Positions 49,778 through 60,435 are shown, counted from the first letter of the stretch. The stretch: DNA of 64,000 nucleotides from Acidimicrobiia bacterium (GCA_965215185.1 OZ244034.1:480001-544000); one strand, 5' to 3'. A program made the numbers and translations. Notes: generated by a model from the letters alone, not told the origin.

Positions 49778-50956
49778 ATGAACAGGCAACCGACGGTGCT
49801 GATTGTTGGGGCTGGTGTTTTCGGTTTGACCGGTGCGTTGACTTTACGCCGGCGGGGTTACCAGGTATCGGTGATCGACTTCGGGCCGGTACCCCACCCG
49901 ATGGCGGCGTCCAGCGATGTCAGTCGCATGGTGCGCATGGACTATGGAAGTGACCGGATGTACTGTCGGCTGGCGGGAGCAGCCATTGAGGGATGGCATC
50001 GATGGAACGCCCGCTGGGGGCAGGATCTATACCATGAGGTCGGCCTTCTGCTACTCAGCAGCCGACCTTTGGAAGAGGGCGGTTACGAAGGCGACTCCTA
50101 CCGGACCCTCACCGAAGAAGGGCGGCCGCTTCAGAGGTTGCGAGCCGGGGCACTTGCGTCGCGGTTTCCCGGATGGAACCGCGATTACTACATCGATGGT
50201 TACTTCAATCCCCGGGGTGGTTGGGCCGAAGCGGCGGCGGTCATATCCCGGTTGGCTTCGGAGGCGGAGGACAGTGGAATTGCCATTCGGACCGGGGTTG
50301 CAGTCGAATCGGTGCTGAAAAAAGGCGGTCGGGTGGTGGGATTGACCACCGCAGACGGGAAGACTTTGCGGGCTGACCGGGTGGTGGTGGCGGCCGGTGT
50401 GTGGACCTCTACTCTGCTGCCCGAACTGGATGGATTTCTAAGACTGTCGGGCCAGCCGATTCTCTACTTCAGACCGTCTGATCCAGGATTGTTCGCCGCT
50501 GAGCGTTTTCCGCCTTGGGGCACCGATCTGGCCCGTTCGGGTTGGTATGGCTTCCCAGCCACCCGGGAGGGGATAGTCAAAATCGGCAACCACGGCCCCG
50601 GATACGCCGTCTTTCCAGAATCTCCCCGAGTGATTCCGACCGAGGAAGACGAGATAAGTTGCCGGGAGTTCCTGTCTCACTCCCTATCCGAACTGGCTGA
50701 TGCCCCTCTGCATGCGTCGAAAATGTGCATCTACACCGACACCTGGGACGGCAACTTCCTGATCAGCCCCCACCCGGAAGTGAACGGTCTCACAGTAGCC
50801 ACCGGCGGCAGCGGCCACGGCTTCAAATTCGCACCCGTCCTGGGCGGAGTGATCGCCGACGCAGTGGAAGGGATCCCCAACCCCTATCTGGACCGTTTCA
50901 CCTGGAGACCCGTCGGAAACCTGTACTCTGAAGACGCTCGCTACACCGGCAAGTAA
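49778..50956 (+). CDS. FAD-dependent oxidase (sarcosine/fructosyl-amino-acid oxidase family)
   Basis: GAGVFG, AASSD.SR, C.YTDT.DG.FLI, GGSGHGFKF. Confidence 0.9.
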   Translation: MNRQPTVLIVGAGVFGLTGALTLRRRGYQVSVIDFGPVPHPMAASSDVSRMVRMDYGSDRMYCRLAGAAIEGWHRWNARWGQDLYHEVGLLLLSSRPLEEGGYEGDSYRTLTEEGRPLQRLRAGALASRFPGWNRDYYIDGYFNPRGGWAEAAAVISRLASEAEDSGIAIRTGVAVESVLKKGGRVVGLTTADGKTLRADRVVVAAGVWTSTLLPELDGFLRLSGQPILYFRPSDPGLFAAERFPPWGTDLARSGWYGFPATREGIVKIGNHGPGYAVFPESPRVIPTEEDEISCREFLSHSLSELADAPLHASKMCIYTDTWDGNFLISPHPEVNGLTVATGGSGHGFKFAPVLGGVIADAVEGIPNPYLDRFTWRPVGNLYSEDARYTGK

Positions 50957-50968
50957 GCGAGCGACGGA

Positions 50969-52326
50969 TTAGTTGTCGGAGGTTTGAACTACCAACTCGT
51001 CGGGTTCATAGCCGAAGGCGCTCAGAAATCTGTGAGCCCGCGGTATTCTCCCTGTGCCGCCGGCATATATCCAGTACTCGCCTACCAGACGCTTTGATTT
51101 CAAAGATCCAAGTTCATCTGGGTCTTTGCTAATTATCCACCTCTTGGTTCCTCGGAAAACCTTCTCGTTGTGTACCCGTTCGGCGAAGTCGTTCGGATGT
51201 CGGGTCTGCAATGCGGCTACCACCGAGGCCAGCATTTCCATGTAGTTCTTGGCACGGATGGATTCTCCGAACAACCAGGCCCCTTTGAGTTTGTAAGGCC
51301 CAGGGGGGGGGAATGGACTTCCAACTCCTTGGGCCTGTGACCGAAGGCGCTCAAGAATAGGTGGGAGCGGGCCACCGCGCGGCTGGCACTCAGGTTGACA
51401 TCGATGAAATATCCCCCAACCTGTCGTTTCTCGTGTGACGGGCTCAGATCCTTTTCGTTTTTGCTTATGTATTGCCAAGTCCTGTTGTGTTTCACAAAGG
51501 GCTCTTTTGATGTTCGTATGGCGAAGTCGTTCGGATGTCGGGTTTGCAACTCAGTAACTACCGAGATCAGAATCTGCCTGTATGTTTTTGTAGGGAGGGG
51601 ATTTTCGAACAGACTTGCCAGGACTGTTGGGGCTGGTGGAGGAGGGGGAGGTGGGGGCCTGCGGTCACGGACGAGGGCCTCTACGACGAGGGGTTTCAAG
51701 AACTCAAGGTGGGGTTTAGTAAGTGGCTTGACCCCGGCTTTCTTGCCAACCAGCCTCAGAAACTCTTGAGATGGGGAGTTCAACTCTTGGTCCACGATCT
51801 CGTTAACCCGAGTTCTATAATGCTCCCGCTGGGCCTGTTCACGAACGGCACTCGGCTGCACACGACTTCTGGTCAATGCCTCAAGATGGTGGATGTCGTT
51901 ATCGGTGAGGTTTCGGATACTGATCTTGCGGTACGGTTCGGAATCCATGACGTTCGTCTTGTCAAGATCGGTGAAGAGCCAGTAGTCGATGCCGTTGGTC
52001 AGGATGGCGGCAGCCGCTTCTGAAAAAGTGAAATATGACCGCAGTTGATTGGTTTCCTTCTGGCTCAGGTTGATGCCGGCCTTCTTGGCTTCTACTGCGA
52101 TTTTGACGTTTGCCTCGCCGGTAAGTACGTAGTCGATTTTTCCACCCAGCTCGGTAGCGACTTCCAGCATGACCTGTTGCGGATGGCTCGGGTCGTATCC
52201 AAGACACCGTAGAAAGGGTTCGATCAGGCTGTTCTTAGTTTGTGCTTCGCTGGTAGCGATTTCGGGAAATGCCTGGAGCCGTTCTCTCGCCCGTGTGGCC
52301 TGTATCTGGATCTCTTCCCGGAACAT
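50969..52326 (-). CDS. HsdR_N-type PD-(D/E)xK nuclease fused to two SeqA-like domains; frameshift at C9 tract (51303-51311)
   Basis: EAQTK..LIEPFL..LGYD, KIDY, VEAKK, QLRSYF, LTNG.DY.LFTDL...N.MD..P; poly-Pro linker; duplicated LQTRHPNDFA..ISK....L..KR.VG.Y.I..FLSAFG domain. Confidence 0.75.
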
Positions 52327-52391
52327 GAGGCCATTGTAAACAACAGGACAGTATCCCGTTTATCCCGTATAACTCAGGAGCGGAATTTCCT

Positions 52392-53192
52392 CTAACCGGA
52401 TAAGGTGAGGCCCAGCTGGCGGGACATGGCTACCAGGTTTCCTTGGGAGTCCCAGATGTTGCAGTCTTCTTCGAAGGTCCCGTTGAGGAGGTGGCGGGAG
52501 ATCAGGTCAACCGTCAGCCAACCCGGGCACGGGCGAGCGCGGAAGTGGATGGTGAGTTCCAGGGTGGGCGCCCATCCGTAATGGCCGAGTTGGAAGATGG
52601 CGGGTGGGAACCCGTCGGCGATGGTTGGCATACATAGCAGGTCGGGTGGACGGCCATCTGTGAATCGCATCCGACCCCGCGCTTCGGCTTGGCCGGTGGG
52701 TTGATCGGCAGCCCCTCGGGCTATCTCGTGGGGCATTTCGTAATCGAACCTCTTGGTGAAGGTCGTGTCCAGTTTCATGTGAGGACCCCGGTGCATCTCC
52801 GCCTCCTCCGGGAGGTTGGGTGGATGCAGCAACGGTCCGCTGGGCCCGGTGAACCTGGAGAGATCTCCCCAGGTGATCAAAGAGGTAATGCATATCCGGT
52901 CGTTTTGGATGAGGTCAACGGCGGAAACCGAAAGGCTGCGACCTTTCTTGATCACCCGGCTTCGGATGCTCGCCTCGCCGGGCATGGTCCGGCCCACAAA
53001 GTGACTGTTCATCGACAGCGGATCCGGGTGGGGGATATCCTGTCCCGCCGCGATGAGACACAGGGCCATCAGGTATCCGCCGTTGGGGACCCCCTCCACG
53101 TTCCACATGGGGCTGACCATGACGGCCCATGTCCCCTCTCCATGCGGGGTCAAGGCATCGCGGGTGTCTCCGTCGAATATGTAATCGGTCAT
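52392..53192 (-). CDS. Acyl-CoA thioesterase family (double hotdog)
   Basis: PNGGY, KGRS, W.PTLELTIH, WDSQG.LVAMSRQ. Confidence 0.88.
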   Translation of the reverse strand: MTDYIFDGDTRDALTPHGEGTWAVMVSPMWNVEGVPNGGYLMALCLIAAGQDIPHPDPLSMNSHFVGRTMPGEASIRSRVIKKGRSLSVSAVDLIQNDRICITSLITWGDLSRFTGPSGPLLHPPNLPEEAEMHRGPHMKLDTTFTKRFDYEMPHEIARGAADQPTGQAEARGRMRFTDGRPPDLLCMPTIADGFPPAIFQLGHYGWAPTLELTIHFRARPCPGWLTVDLISRHLLNGTFEEDCNIWDSQGNLVAMSRQLGLTLSG

Positions 53193-53241
53193 GTCGCGTT
53201 CAGCCAGGTTCGGTTGCCGGATAATGGGGATCCGCCTGCGG

Positions 53242-53688
53242 TCAGCCTAGCCAAAGCTGAACGGTCCAGCCAACTGCCAGGCCGTACCCTCCAGCCACTA
53301 CGTCATCACCGGTGATTCCCCAGCCGCCTGGGAGCCGTTCCGCCCACCTCACACCGGGGAAACCCTTCTTTCGGATGTCTACGATGCGAAACATCACCCA
53401 TCCGGCCACCGCCCCTGCGGGGCCGAGTCCCATTACCGCCAGCGCGGCTCCGGCCGCCTCATCTATCACCACCCACCCGGGATCGTCAGAGAAAGGATGG
53501 GAAGCCCACACCGAGAGTGCCGCAACCAGTGTGGCCAGGATGAGCTGCGTCGGCCAGCCGAAACCCCCGGCCGCCATCGCCGCTGCCAGGCCCACCGCCG
53601 CGCCCAAGGTTCCCGAACCGGAGTCGGATCCTCTCATCTTGCCCAGAAGAAGGCCCAAACCAAACAGAGAGGCGAACCACCTACGCAT
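53242..53688 (-). CDS. pgpA: Phosphatidylglycerophosphatase A family
   Basis: GSGTLG, DPG.VVIDE..G, FR..DI.K, GGWGI..DD..AG. Confidence 0.85.
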   Translation of the reverse strand: MRRWFASLFGLGLLLGKMRGSDSGSGTLGAAVGLAAAMAAGGFGWPTQLILATLVAALSVWASHPFSDDPGWVVIDEAAGAALAVMGLGPAGAVAGWVMFRIVDIRKKGFPGVRWAERLPGGWGITGDDVVAGGYGLAVGWTVQLWLG

Positions 53689-53783
53689 CAGTCGGAGGTT
53701 ATCGAAGACCACCATCGACGGGAGGGGTACAAAAATGCAAAGTTCGGATAAAAGGCGTGGCGAGCGTGCCAAACTAAAGGCGG

Positions 53784-54698
53784 ATGGAACCCTCACTGTA
53801 TATATGGATGGACGGGAAACTCGTCTCCTGGGATGACGCCACTGTCCATGTGCTTAGCAACGCCCTACATTACGGAACCGGGGTGTTCGAGGGGATCCGG
53901 GCTTACGAGACCAATGATGGGACGGCCGTCTTTCGGCTGACCGAGCACATCGAGCGGCTACACCGTTCTGCCCGGATCTACCGCGTTCCCCTGGAGTGGT
54001 CGGTGGAAGAGTTGGTAGACGCCTGCCGCACGGTAATGAGGGAAAACGGACTGGAGTCGGGTTACATTCGTCCACTGGCGTACTACGGGCTGGGGGCGAT
54101 CGGACTCAACCCGACCGGCGCCACCGCTCATACTGCGATTGCGGCGTGGAGATGGGGGGCTTATCTTGGCGAGGAGGGGGTATTGAATGGAATCAGGGTG
54201 GGAGTGTCCTCCTGGCGTCGGATCAGTCCGGCCGCCTTTGTCCCCGTGGCCAAAGGGTGCGGGCAGTACTTGAACAGTGTGATGGCCAAGATGGAGGCCA
54301 TCAGCAACGGATACGACGAAGCTCTGCTTCTGAACGCCGACGGGAACATCTCTGAGGGCAGCGGAGAGAACGTGTTTGTGGTGCGCGACGGGGTGGTATT
54401 CACTCCTCCGATCTCCTCGGGGATTCTGGATGGCATAACCCGGCACACAGTGATGACTTTGTTCGCTCGAGATGGGATTGATATTCGGGAGGCGACCTTA
54501 ACCCGGGGCGACCTCTTGAATGCTGATGAAGTGTTCTTCACTGGTACGGCAGCCGAAGTGACGCCGGTACGGGAGATCGACAGACGCCCGATTGGGAGCG
54601 GTCGTCCGGGGCTGATCACCCGACGCGCTCAGGAGTTGTTCCAGCGGCTCGTCTCGGGTGGCGATCCGGAGTTGTCGCACTGGCTCGAATATGTGTAA
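53784..54698 (+). CDS. ilvE: Branched-chain amino acid aminotransferase
   Basis: LHYGTGVFEGIRAY, YIRP, K..GQY.NS, EGSGEN, LDGITR, TGTAAEV. Confidence 0.95.
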   Translation: MEPSLYIWMDGKLVSWDDATVHVLSNALHYGTGVFEGIRAYETNDGTAVFRLTEHIERLHRSARIYRVPLEWSVEELVDACRTVMRENGLESGYIRPLAYYGLGAIGLNPTGATAHTAIAAWRWGAYLGEEGVLNGIRVGVSSWRRISPAAFVPVAKGCGQYLNSVMAKMEAISNGYDEALLLNADGNISEGSGENVFVVRDGVVFTPPISSGILDGITRHTVMTLFARDGIDIREATLTRGDLLNADEVFFTGTAAEVTPVREIDRRPIGSGRPGLITRRAQELFQRLVSGGDPELSHWLEYV

Positions 54699-54723
54699 GC
54701 GGTCCGCGTTCGCTTTGGTATAG

Positions 54724-55203
54724 ATGCCTCGCCAACCCAACATTGATCCCCCCGTTCAGGACTTGCCGCGTAGGGTTCTGACCCCCGCGGCCCCGGCGCG
54801 TTGGAGCCCCGACCGACCGGGAATGATTACCGCTCCCCACCAGGTATCGCCCGGTGGCCTGTTCGGGCGGCCCGGCCCCGATGCCGGCTGGGCGCTTCGG
54901 ATTATTCGCCAAGCTGGACTGGCCGCGGTGGAACTGGAGGCGGAGTTGATGCTGGCGACATTGATGTTGGCGCGCGCCTCTATTTTCGGGCGAGCGCCGG
55001 TACCCGAGGACCTGGAGGTTGCGCGGATCCTGATGGGATATGACCGGGAGTCTTCGGCGCCTGTTGCAGCCCGGCGACGCCGCTGGCTCAAGGAAAGCCG
55101 CCATGAGGTGGTCCCCGGAGCCGCCGCTGCCGAGGAGATCGGCGCCGAATGTCTGTCTCTAACGCCGGGGGCCCTGCAGCCTGTGATGGCAGACTTGGAC
55201 TGA
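54724..55203 (+). CDS. Hypothetical protein
   Basis: Operon position between ilvE and FAH gene; W...RPG, GPDAGWAL, RAS.FGRAP. Confidence 0.65.
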   Translation: MPRQPNIDPPVQDLPRRVLTPAAPARWSPDRPGMITAPHQVSPGGLFGRPGPDAGWALRIIRQAGLAAVELEAELMLATLMLARASIFGRAPVPEDLEVARILMGYDRESSAPVAARRRRWLKESRHEVVPGAAAAEEIGAECLSLTPGALQPVMADLD

Positions 55204-55210
55204 GTTCTCC

Positions 55211-55963
55211 TTGGCAAAGATTGTTAGGTTTCGTTACGGCGATCAGATTGCTTACGGCGTGGCAGAGACAGGGGGTGTCACCTTGTACGAGGGATCTCCT
55301 TTCGTGGTCTGGGAGCCGACCGAGATCATGTTGGGCTGGGGAGAGATAAAGGTGCTGGCGCCGGTCCTGCCCACCAAGGTGGTGGGTGTTGAGCGCAATC
55401 ACTGTGAGCCCGATGATTACTCGCCCCACCATCCCTATATCTATTTGAAACCAACTACCTCGGTGGTTGGCCCTGGAGCGGGGGTGGCTATGCCACCGGC
55501 GGCATCGGGAGTGATTTACGAGGCAGAGTTGGCGGTGATTATGGGGAGAGTTGCTCGCCACATACGGGTGGAGGATGCCGGGGCTTATATCTTCGGCTAC
55601 GCGGCTGTCAACGATGTGAGCGTCCCAGAACTACTCGGGAGCCCCGAACACGTGACCCGTGCCAAGGGATTCGATACTTTCTGCCCACTGGGACCCGTGA
55701 TTGAGACCGAATTCGATCCCCTCGAGCAGCACACGGTGGAATGTCTGATCGATGGCGACCTAAGACAGTCGGCTTTGACTTCCGAAATGATTTTTGGGCC
55801 CGGAGAACTCGTCTCTTATATTTCCTCGATGATGACACTGCTTCCCGGGGATGTGATTCTCACCGGTACCACCGCTGGAAAGGATGTTGCTTACCCGGGC
55901 GAGGTGATGGAAGTGCGAATTGAGGGAGTGGGAACGCTGGTGAACCCGGTGATGAGAGGATGA
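55211..55963 (+). CDS. Fumarylacetoacetate hydrolase family protein
   Basis: YEAELAV, NDVS, KGFDTFCPLGP, PGDVILTGT. Confidence 0.9.
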   Translation: MAKIVRFRYGDQIAYGVAETGGVTLYEGSPFVVWEPTEIMLGWGEIKVLAPVLPTKVVGVERNHCEPDDYSPHHPYIYLKPTTSVVGPGAGVAMPPAASGVIYEAELAVIMGRVARHIRVEDAGAYIFGYAAVNDVSVPELLGSPEHVTRAKGFDTFCPLGPVIETEFDPLEQHTVECLIDGDLRQSALTSEMIFGPGELVSYISSMMTLLPGDVILTGTTAGKDVAYPGEVMEVRIEGVGTLVNPVMRG

Positions 55964-57417
55964 CTCCCCGGCTGCGGGTGGCGCCCTCTCCGACTGGGCT
56001 TCTTCATGTGGGGACTGCCCGCGCTGCCTTGTTTAACTGGTTGTACGCCCGCCGCCATGGGGGTGTATTCATCGTCAGGGTGGATGACACGGACCAACAG
56101 CGCTCCAGATCAGAATTCGAGGAGGCGATTCTGGAGGGCCTCCGCTGGTTGGGGCTTGATTGGGATGAAGGGGTGGAGGTGGGTGGCTCGCACGGCGCCT
56201 ATCGCCAAAGCGGCCGTTTTGAACGCTACCGAGAGGTGGCGGCTCTGTTAGTCGATAGCGGCGCCGCCTACCCGTGCTTCTGCAGTCCCGAAGCGCTTGC
56301 CGAGCGGCGAATAGAAGCACAGAAGGCAAGCCGTCCACCGGGATATGACGGACGGTGCCGATCGATGGAGGCCGGACAGGCTGGGCGCCGTGTACAGGCG
56401 GGGGAGACCCATGTGGTGCGCTTCGCGATGCCCCGGCCGGGGGTTACGGTGGTAAACGACCTGGTGAGAGGAGAGGTGCGTTTTGATCACAGGGTGATTG
56501 ACGACTTCGTGATTCTGCGCAGCGACGGGTCTCCCACCTACCATCTCGCTTCCACGGTTGACGACGTGGACTATGAGATCACCCATGTCGCTCGCGGGGA
56601 GGATATTCTGCCCTCCACACCCAAGCATATTCAGATCACCCGGGCGCTGTCCGCCCCAGAACCCGTCTACGCCCATCTTCCTCTGCTTCATGGGCAGGAC
56701 GGGCGCAAGCTCTCCAAGCGTCACGGCGCCACCGATCTGGGGGAGTATCGCCAGCAGGGATTCCTTCCAGAGGCGCTATTCAATTATTTGGCGCTGCTGG
56801 GGTGGTCGATCGGTCCGGAGTCGACCATCTTCAGCCGGCAAGAGGCGGTGGCCTCCTTCGATCTGGCGGCTGTCTCTTCCAGCCCGGCGGTGTTCGATCC
56901 GGTGAAACTGGAGTGGATGAACGGCGAGTACATCCGCAACCACATTTCGACTGCCGAGTTCTCGGAACGAGCCCGTCCTTACGTGGAGGAATATCTGGGG
57001 GTTTCTCTATCCGATGTGGCGTGGGAGCGAGTTGTCCCGGTGCTTCCCCTCGTCCAGGAAAGAGTCAAGCTCCTGTCGCAGGTGGGTCCACAACTTTCAT
57101 TTCTTCTAACCCCGCAGATCGAGTACGAACCAGGGTCATGGCGCAAAGTGATGAAGCCCAAGGTGGTGGAAGGCGTGCTGCTCGAGGCGACCTCCGCTTT
57201 GAGGGATGTGGGGGAGTGGCGAACCGAGACGATCGAGCAGACATTGCGGGCGCTGGTAATCCGTTTGGAGATCAGTGCCGGACGGGTGTTTCAGCCGATT
57301 CGGGTGGCGGCCACCGGGTCTTCGATCAGCCCCCCTCTCTTCGAGTCCCTGGCGGCACTGGGGCGAGAGACTACCCTGCAAAGATTGAGGGATGCTCGTG
57401 AGAGGCTTTCTCTCTGA
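55960..57417 (+). CDS. gltX: Glutamate--tRNA ligase
   Basis: RVAPSPTG.LHVG, DDTD, RGED, KLSKR, SPPLFES. Confidence 0.96.
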   Translation: MTPRLRVAPSPTGLLHVGTARAALFNWLYARRHGGVFIVRVDDTDQQRSRSEFEEAILEGLRWLGLDWDEGVEVGGSHGAYRQSGRFERYREVAALLVDSGAAYPCFCSPEALAERRIEAQKASRPPGYDGRCRSMEAGQAGRRVQAGETHVVRFAMPRPGVTVVNDLVRGEVRFDHRVIDDFVILRSDGSPTYHLASTVDDVDYEITHVARGEDILPSTPKHIQITRALSAPEPVYAHLPLLHGQDGRKLSKRHGATDLGEYRQQGFLPEALFNYLALLGWSIGPESTIFSRQEAVASFDLAAVSSSPAVFDPVKLEWMNGEYIRNHISTAEFSERARPYVEEYLGVSLSDVAWERVVPVLPLVQERVKLLSQVGPQLSFLLTPQIEYEPGSWRKVMKPKVVEGVLLEATSALRDVGEWRTETIEQTLRALVIRLEISAGRVFQPIRVAATGSSISPPLFESLAALGRETTLQRLRDARERLSL

Positions 57418-57501
57418 GTTGAGGGAGACGGGTGGGAAAGTGACAGGTCTGTACTCATATACCATTAATCAATTGACAGCAGCCAAAAAGGGGATATTTC
57501 C

Positions 57502-58488
57502 ATGAGCCGACCGCAACGGGTGACTGTAACGGGCGCCGCCGGACAGATCGGATACAGTTTGTTGTTCAGGATTGCCGCTGGAGAGATGCTCGGGCCGGAT
57601 CAGCCGGTGATCCTTCAACTCCTGGAGATCGTGCCGGGTTTTCCAGCTCTGGAGGGTGTGGCTATGGAACTGGAAGACTGTGCATTTCCTTTGTTGAAGG
57701 GGATGGTTTTGACCACCGATGTCGAGCAGGCCTTCGCCGACACCGATGTGGCTTTGCTGGTGGGCGCCATGCCGCGTCGGGCGCATATGAAGAGAGCCGA
57801 CCTTCTGGAGGCCAACGGACGGATATTCTCAGAGCAAGGCCGGGCCATTTCCGAGGGTGCTGATCCCGGTGTAAAGGTGCTGGTGGTGGGAAATCCGGCC
57901 AACACCAACGCCTACATCACGGCCGCCAACGCCAAGAACATCGATCCTTCCCAGATCACCGCCATGACCCGCCTGGATCACAACCGAGCTATCGCCAAGG
58001 TGGCGAACAAGGTGGGTCAGCCCTTCAATGTGGTCAAGAAGATGAGTGTATGGGGGAACCATTCAGCCACCCAGTATCCCGATCTCTTTCATGCCGAGAT
58101 CGGAGGGAGAAACGCCTATCAGGTGGTAGGCGACCATGACTGGGTGGAGAACAATTTCATTCCCACCGTGGCTGGGAGGGGGACAGCCATCATCAAAGCG
58201 AGAGGCAAGTCCTCCGCCGCCTCGGCGGCCAACGCCGCGGTGAGTCACATACATGATTGGGCGCTGGGCACCCCCGCGGACGACTGGGTGAGTATGGCGG
58301 TAATCTCAGATGGATCCTATGGGGTGCCGGAGGGTCTGTGCGCCTCTTTTCCCTGCGTAGCCCAGGATGGAAAATGGGAGATCGTGCAAGATTTGGAGCA
58401 TGACCAATTCTCCCAGGAAAGAATCGACCTGTCGATAGCTGAACTGGTCAGAGAGCGCGACGCCGTTATTGGAATGGGGTTCGTATAA
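57502..58488 (+). CDS. mdh: Malate dehydrogenase
   Basis: [47 protein letters not shown]. Confidence 0.97.
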   Translation: MSRPQRVTVTGAAGQIGYSLLFRIAAGEMLGPDQPVILQLLEIVPGFPALEGVAMELEDCAFPLLKGMVLTTDVEQAFADTDVALLVGAMPRRAHMKRADLLEANGRIFSEQGRAISEGADPGVKVLVVGNPANTNAYITAANAKNIDPSQITAMTRLDHNRAIAKVANKVGQPFNVVKKMSVWGNHSATQYPDLFHAEIGGRNAYQVVGDHDWVENNFIPTVAGRGTAIIKARGKSSAASAANAAVSHIHDWALGTPADDWVSMAVISDGSYGVPEGLCASFPCVAQDGKWEIVQDLEHDQFSQERIDLSIAELVRERDAVIGMGFV

Positions 58489-58535
58489 CCCAGCGCCGGT
58501 TGAGATGAAGTTGTGGCCTCGGGTGCCGGCCGCCG

Positions 58536-58922
58536 CTAGTACTGGACCTCTATGTTGGCCACCGCCGCCAGCCACTCTTCCACTCCTCGGCGATGGACCA
58601 TCAGCTTGGCAAGATTGCCTGACACCTTGATTTTGCCGGTTATGAAGGCGGCCTGCACGTTCAGGTCTCCCCTCATGATGGCCGACGCGACTTCATAGTT
58701 CTGGCTGATGGTGATATCGAGATCGTCCCGCATGCCCAGGGAGATGGTGACGGCCTGAGGGGTGATCACCAGGTTGTAGCCGGTGTTGCCAAACGGCGCG
58801 TCGAGCACGTTGAACTGAATGCCCATGTCCACGCCCCGGACGGCTTCCTGGAACCCTTGATGGTTCTCCAACGCAGTGGTTATTTCGGCCAGCCATTCGG
58901 GGCTTAGGAATTTCACTGCCAT
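58536..58922 (-). CDS. SCP2 sterol-binding domain protein
   Basis: FLSPEW, AFITGKIKVSGNLAKLM. Confidence 0.85.
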   Translation of the reverse strand: MAVKFLSPEWLAEITTALENHQGFQEAVRGVDMGIQFNVLDAPFGNTGYNLVITPQAVTISLGMRDDLDITISQNYEVASAIMRGDLNVQAAFITGKIKVSGNLAKLMVHRRGVEEWLAAVANIEVQY

Positions 58923-58987
58923 GACGGGTTTCCTTGCGATGAGTGCATGGGCAAGAGGCTAGTGGCAGGGTGGTCTTATGCCGACCA

Positions 58988-59563
58988 TTAGAGGATGGTG
59001 AGGCGGTTGTTGTCGATCGACTCGACGATGGCTGCCGACACGACTTCCCAACCATGGCTCTCCAACAGGGAGCGTCCTCCGGTGAAGGTCTTTTCGATTA
59101 CGAATCCGAATCCCGTCAACCGGTTGCCCGCCTCTTCGATCATGGATCCGAGCGCCTCAGCGGTGCGCCCTCGTGACAAGAAGTCGTCCACGACCGCGAC
59201 GTCCCTGCCCGTCCCGAACAGCTCCTTGCGGATGGTTATCCAAGTCGTGCCGCCCTTGGTGGGGGAGCTGATTTGCCGGAGGATGTGCAATTCGGGATCC
59301 AGCCGGCGGCTTTGCTTCTTGGCGTAGATAAGGTCCACTCCCGCTGCCTTGGCAGTTGCGAATGCGGCCGGAATGCCCGATGCTTCGGCTGTGATCACCA
59401 AGTCGAAATCTCCGAGGCGGCCTGCCAGCCATTCCCCTACCGTGGTCAAAAGCTGCGGGTCGGTCCGGTGATTCAAGAAGCTGTCCACGATCACCAATTG
59501 GGACTCGGCCCTCCCTTCTTCCAGGATTCTTTTTCGCAACTCTTCCAAACCGATGTCCTTCAC
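58988..59563 (-). CDS. xpt: Xanthine phosphoribosyltransferase
   Basis: VDSFLNH, EASGI, VDDFL, FVIEK.F..GR. Confidence 0.9.
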   Translation of the reverse strand: MKDIGLEELRKRILEEGRAESQLVIVDSFLNHRTDPQLLTTVGEWLAGRLGDFDLVITAEASGIPAAFATAKAAGVDLIYAKKQSRRLDPELHILRQISSPTKGGTTWITIRKELFGTGRDVAVVDDFLSRGRTAEALGSMIEEAGNRLTGFGFVIEKTFTGGRSLLESHGWEVVSAAIVESIDNNRLTIL

Positions 59564-59817
59564 CTCGAGGTAGCTTCACTCTGAGGTTAGGCGATTGGAA
59601 ACTGCTCCAAGGCGGCGAAGTCGAGGTCGATACCATGTCCGGGTGGCTCCGGCGCTGGGGCCCAACCTGGCTCGACAACCATCGGATGCCTGAGAAGCGA
59701 TCAAGCGCGAAGCCGTGAACCAAGCCGCAGAGAGCAGCGGCGGTAAATCGTCAGATCGCAGTTGGTTAGAAATTGCGTTGGTCACGCCTTCCATACCAGT
59801 GGTACAGGCTGTGTCCT

Positions 59818-60435
59818 CTACCCAAGAGAGGGAAGATGGAGGGGGCGGGCCGACTCGAACACGTCGATGTCTCCGGTGTGCCTGAGAGTGAGCCCGATGT
59901 CGTCAAACCCGTTGAGCATCCGCCACTTGGTGAATGGGTCAATATCAAAGCGGGTGAAGACTCCTGACGCAGCCACTGTCTGCGCCTCCAAGTCGATGGC
60001 GATTTGGGTGTCGGGGCGGTTTTCCGCCAGTGCGGTCAGCTTGTCAACCTCCGAGGACGAAAGCTGAATCGGTAGCAATCCTATTTTTGTGCAGTTGGTG
60101 TGGAAGATGTCGGCCAGTGAAGGAGCGATGATCGCTTCCAAACCCCAGTCCTGCAAACCCCATGGAGCGTGTTCACGAGAGGACCCACTTCCGAAATTGG
60201 GTCCGGCCACCAGCACCTTGGCATTCCGGTACTGAGGCTGGTTGAGAGGGAAGGCAGGATCGAGTTCACCACTGGAGGTGCGTTTCCAGTCCCAGAACAG
60301 GTACTTTCCGTAGCCGGTCCGCTCCACGCGCTTGAGAAACTGCTTGGGCATTATCTGATCGGTGTCAACATTGGCCCGGGGAAGGGGAAGCATGGCCCCG
60401 TTTATCACCGTAACGGCTCTCAACTTTTTCCCCAT
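59818..60435 (-). CDS. leuD: 3-isopropylmalate dehydratase small subunit
   Basis: [31 protein letters not shown]. Confidence 0.96.
   Translation of the reverse strand: MGKKLRAVTVINGAMLPLPRANVDTDQIMPKQFLKRVERTGYGKYLFWDWKRTSSGELDPAFPLNQPQYRNAKVLVAGPNFGSGSSREHAPWGLQDWGLEAIIAPSLADIFHTNCTKIGLLPIQLSSSEVDKLTALAENRPDTQIAIDLEAQTVAASGVFTRFDIDPFTKWRMLNGFDDIGLTLRHTGDIDVFESARPLHLPSLG

Noticed and set aside
59564-59815. Purine riboswitch upstream of xpt
   Set aside because: No recognisable purine riboswitch core; the gap holds only a doubtful 72-aa ORF.
59836-59865. tRNA-3'-like string (GTTCGAGTC..CCCCTCCA on the minus strand) as an att site
   Set aside because: It lies within the leuD coding end (FESARPLH), the T-stem does not pair, and it does not match the tRNA-Asn.
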